A stretch of DNA of 28,917 nucleotides, taken from an uncultured Nitrospiraceae bacterium (GTDB lineage Bacteria; Nitrospirota; Nitrospiria; Nitrospirales; Nitrospiraceae). The stretch's first letter is position 1, and each line of letters opens with the position of its first letter. The stretch is from positions 1-28,917 of the forward strand of contig CAVSTP010000006.1 in the NCBI GenBank assembly GCA_963730935.1, in the 5' to 3' direction. Made by a program: the position numbers and the translations under genes. Positions 27,494 to 28,917 of this stretch are shown piece after piece. The notes beneath the pieces are model-generated. The model was not told the DNA's origin. It was given only the letters and a program-made list of their open reading frames with translations, and ran no database searches.

Positions 27494-28144
27494 ATGCAGC
27501 CCCCAACACCTTCGCACCTCAGGACACTCGCCAAGAAAACTGACGACTGGTTTCGACGGGCGAGCGCCGCCCTGTTGAGCCAAATCCCCTGTCGGGCCGG
27601 CTGTTCTCATTGTTGCATCGGATTGTTTCCCATCACCCAACTCGATGTGCTCTTGTTACAGGAAGGCCTCAGACATCTGCCAATCGACCAGCGCGAACGT
27701 ATCGAAGGACGCGCACTTCAGCAGGTGACCGCACTCGAAACCGCCTATCCACGGCTCAAGCCTTCACCGTCCATCGATGGCTGGTCAGACGAGGAGATTG
27801 ACCAGGCCGTGACCGCGTTTCATGACGCGCCCTGCCCCGCCTTGGGGGATGACGGTCTCTGCTCGCTATATGCCTATCGTCCGCTGACCTGTCGATCGAT
27901 GGGCATTCCGGCACGACAGGACGCCATGGTGAATGGCGCCTGCGCCGTCCAAACGTTTGTGCCGATCGCCCGACTCTCAGCTTCACTCGAGACAGAAGAG
28001 CAGGAGTTGGCAGCGCTTGAGGCGGCCGAACTGGCCGCGCTGCCAGAGGTGGCCGCAGAAGGAGAAGAGATCTTGCTCCCTTATGCGCTTGTGCCCCGAC
28101 GCATCGAGGCCGGGGGCGCACAAGCCGGCCCGAGCAGGCAATGA
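27494..28144 (+). CDS. YkgJ family cysteine-cluster (CxxxCxxCC) protein
   Basis: CRAGCSHCC, CPAL...GLCSLYAYRPLTCR and a further GAC. Confidence 0.88.
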   Translation: MQPPTPSHLRTLAKKTDDWFRRASAALLSQIPCRAGCSHCCIGLFPITQLDVLLLQEGLRHLPIDQRERIEGRALQQVTALETAYPRLKPSPSIDGWSDEEIDQAVTAFHDAPCPALGDDGLCSLYAYRPLTCRSMGIPARQDAMVNGACAVQTFVPIARLSASLETEEQELAALEAAELAALPEVAAEGEEILLPYALVPRRIEAGGAQAGPSRQ

Positions 28145-28220
28145 CAAGCACCTTTGAAGTTCCACCGGACGAGGCCAGCCGGATGCAAGATTTACCGCCC
28201 TGTCGGCTCAGAAAGGCACA

Positions 28221-28646
28221 ATGGTGCAACATTCGGTTCTAGTCATCGATGACGATGCAGAGATCAGAAATGCGTTACAGCTAGTGCTCAAAAAGGCCGG
28301 TTTTCATCCCATCCTAGCCGAGGGCGGACAGGCGGCAATTGTGCTGATGGAACAGGATGAGCAGGCCGCGGGCGTCGCCGCCATTCTTTGCGATTTGGAA
28401 ATGCCAGGGATGGATGGAGCGACCGTCATCGCCCATTTCCACAGGCACCATCCTATGATTCCCATCGTCGTGCTCAGTGGAGCCGGCCCTACGCAGTTCC
28501 TGGACGCCGTCGCAAAGCAAGGAGTCGGTGACTGGATTAGAAAGCCCGCCACCACCGAGACGGTCTTGGAAAAGGTGCGCGGAGCGGTTCATCTGTTCGA
28601 ACTCAGGAGGGCAGGTCATGGATCGAAAGACTGCCCAGCGACCTAA
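28221..28646 (+). CDS. Single-domain response regulator (receiver)
   Basis: VLVIDDD, CDLEMPGMDG (phospho-Asp), VVLSG and RKP motifs; no output domain. Confidence 0.9.
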   Translation: MVQHSVLVIDDDAEIRNALQLVLKKAGFHPILAEGGQAAIVLMEQDEQAAGVAAILCDLEMPGMDGATVIAHFHRHHPMIPIVVLSGAGPTQFLDAVAKQGVGDWIRKPATTETVLEKVRGAVHLFELRRAGHGSKDCPAT

Positions 28647-28715
28647 TCCACCGTCCGAAACCGGGTGGACAGACCGCAAAACGCTGTGCTAATGTGACGT
28701 TCCTTGGTACCAGGA

Positions 28716-28792
28716 GCGCCTGTAGCTCAGCTGGATAGAGCATCAGCCTCCGGAGCTGAGGGCCACAGGTTCAAATCCTGTCAGGCGCACCA
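28716..28792 (+). tRNA. tRNA-Arg (anticodon CCG)
   Basis: GCGCCTG/CAGGCGC acceptor stem, TCAGC-CT-CCG-GA-GCTGA anticodon arm, GGTTCAAATCC, encoded CCA. Confidence 0.97.
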
Positions 28793-28838
28793 ACACAAAG
28801 AAGACTCGAGACGCCAACCTCTCTCGAACATACCCGGT

Positions 28839-28914
<76 letters not shown>

Positions 28915-28917
28915 AAT

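Overview
A bacterial chromosomal window of mostly housekeeping genes, most likely from a Nitrospira-type organism (inferred from gene content and the look of a 125-bp intergenic palindrome; not provable here). From left to right: two small hypothetical genes, glnS, a PilZ protein, yacG, a Zn/NADP alcohol dehydrogenase, a ROK/polyphosphate glucokinase, two tRNA-Gln genes and gltX. Next come an FNR-like flavoprotein, a 2Fe-2S ferredoxin divergent from a complete isc cluster (iscR-S-U-A-hscB-hscA-iscX), PBP1A, typA, a DUF4261-like gene, a start-less TPR remnant and peroxiredoxin-thioredoxin. A minus-strand run follows: hypothetical, rmlC, rubrerythrin, Fe-S/CCG oxidoreductase, DUF3501, two-domain PTPS and an NTF2-like protein. 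The window closes with a ThiS/MoaD-like protein with a masked Gly-Gly, a MITE-like palindrome, HU, a hypothetical, a YkgJ protein, a receiver-only response regulator, tRNA-Arg(CCG) and tRNA-Lys(CTT). The first ~4.8 kb carries many single-base deletions that split genes, including glnS, and these most likely reflect sequencing/assembly error. I see no CRISPR array, prophage, transposase or defence island, and no clear-cut new system. The best leads are: the ubiquitin-like protein with a C-terminal extension, the rubrerythrin module extended by a PTPS-II-type gene, the FNR with an altered nucleotide-binding loop beside fdx/isc, tandem IscR-type operators, and a terminator in the typA leader.
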